Translations under genes and position numbers: made by a program | The notes under the pieces: generated by a model | What the model saw: only the letters and a program-made list of their open reading frames with translations | Database searches by the model: none | What the model was told of the DNA's origin: nothing | Origin: Stegostoma tigrinum | Taxonomy: Eukaryota | Direction: 5' to 3' | DNA: 64,000 bases | Assembly (NCBI RefSeq): GCF_030684315.1 | Contig: NC_081399.1 | Location: 9,224,113-9,288,112, forward strand | Part shown: one piece after another, positions 63,914 through 64,000 of the stretch | How the letters are laid out: every line of letters begins with the position of its first letter | Numbering within the stretch: the stretch's first letter is position 1

Positions 63914-64000
63914 GAAGATAAGGTGTTGTTCTTCAAATTTGTTTTCCGAGTCACTGTGACACTGGAGGACGCTGAGGATGAACATGTTGGAGGGGGAGTG

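Overview
Vertebrate genomic DNA. The repeat content (tRNA-derived HE1-like SINEs, CR1 LINEs, Penelope-like elements with hammerhead cores, ~69-bp dispersed satellite) suggests a shark or other elasmobranch; this is an inference. The only intact host gene I can reconstruct is a six-exon, minus-strand SLAM/CD2-family receptor (CDS 31842 to 14130, 327 aa). It has a leader, a Cys-less IgV, a four-Cys IgC2, a TM segment and a tail with two ITSMs (TVYSQV, TVYDTI), and one intron has a GC-AG donor. Its last three exons are duplicated in inverted orientation at 4893-7604. That copy has a Leu-to-Pro change in the TM and a nonsense codon that removes the second ITSM. Two decayed IgV exons of the same family lie at ~36.1 kb (+) and ~58.5 kb (-), pointing to a birth-and-death SLAM cluster. 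The rest is mostly transposon debris: nested CR1s, two decayed Ty3/Gypsy elements (one with integrase before RT), several minisatellites and many Penelope-like elements. Two short Penelope fold-back insertions turn around exactly at the predicted hammerhead cleavage site. An unexplained 47-bp-stem hairpin sits at 59834-59932. Exon boundaries and identities were worked out by hand; no database searches were run.
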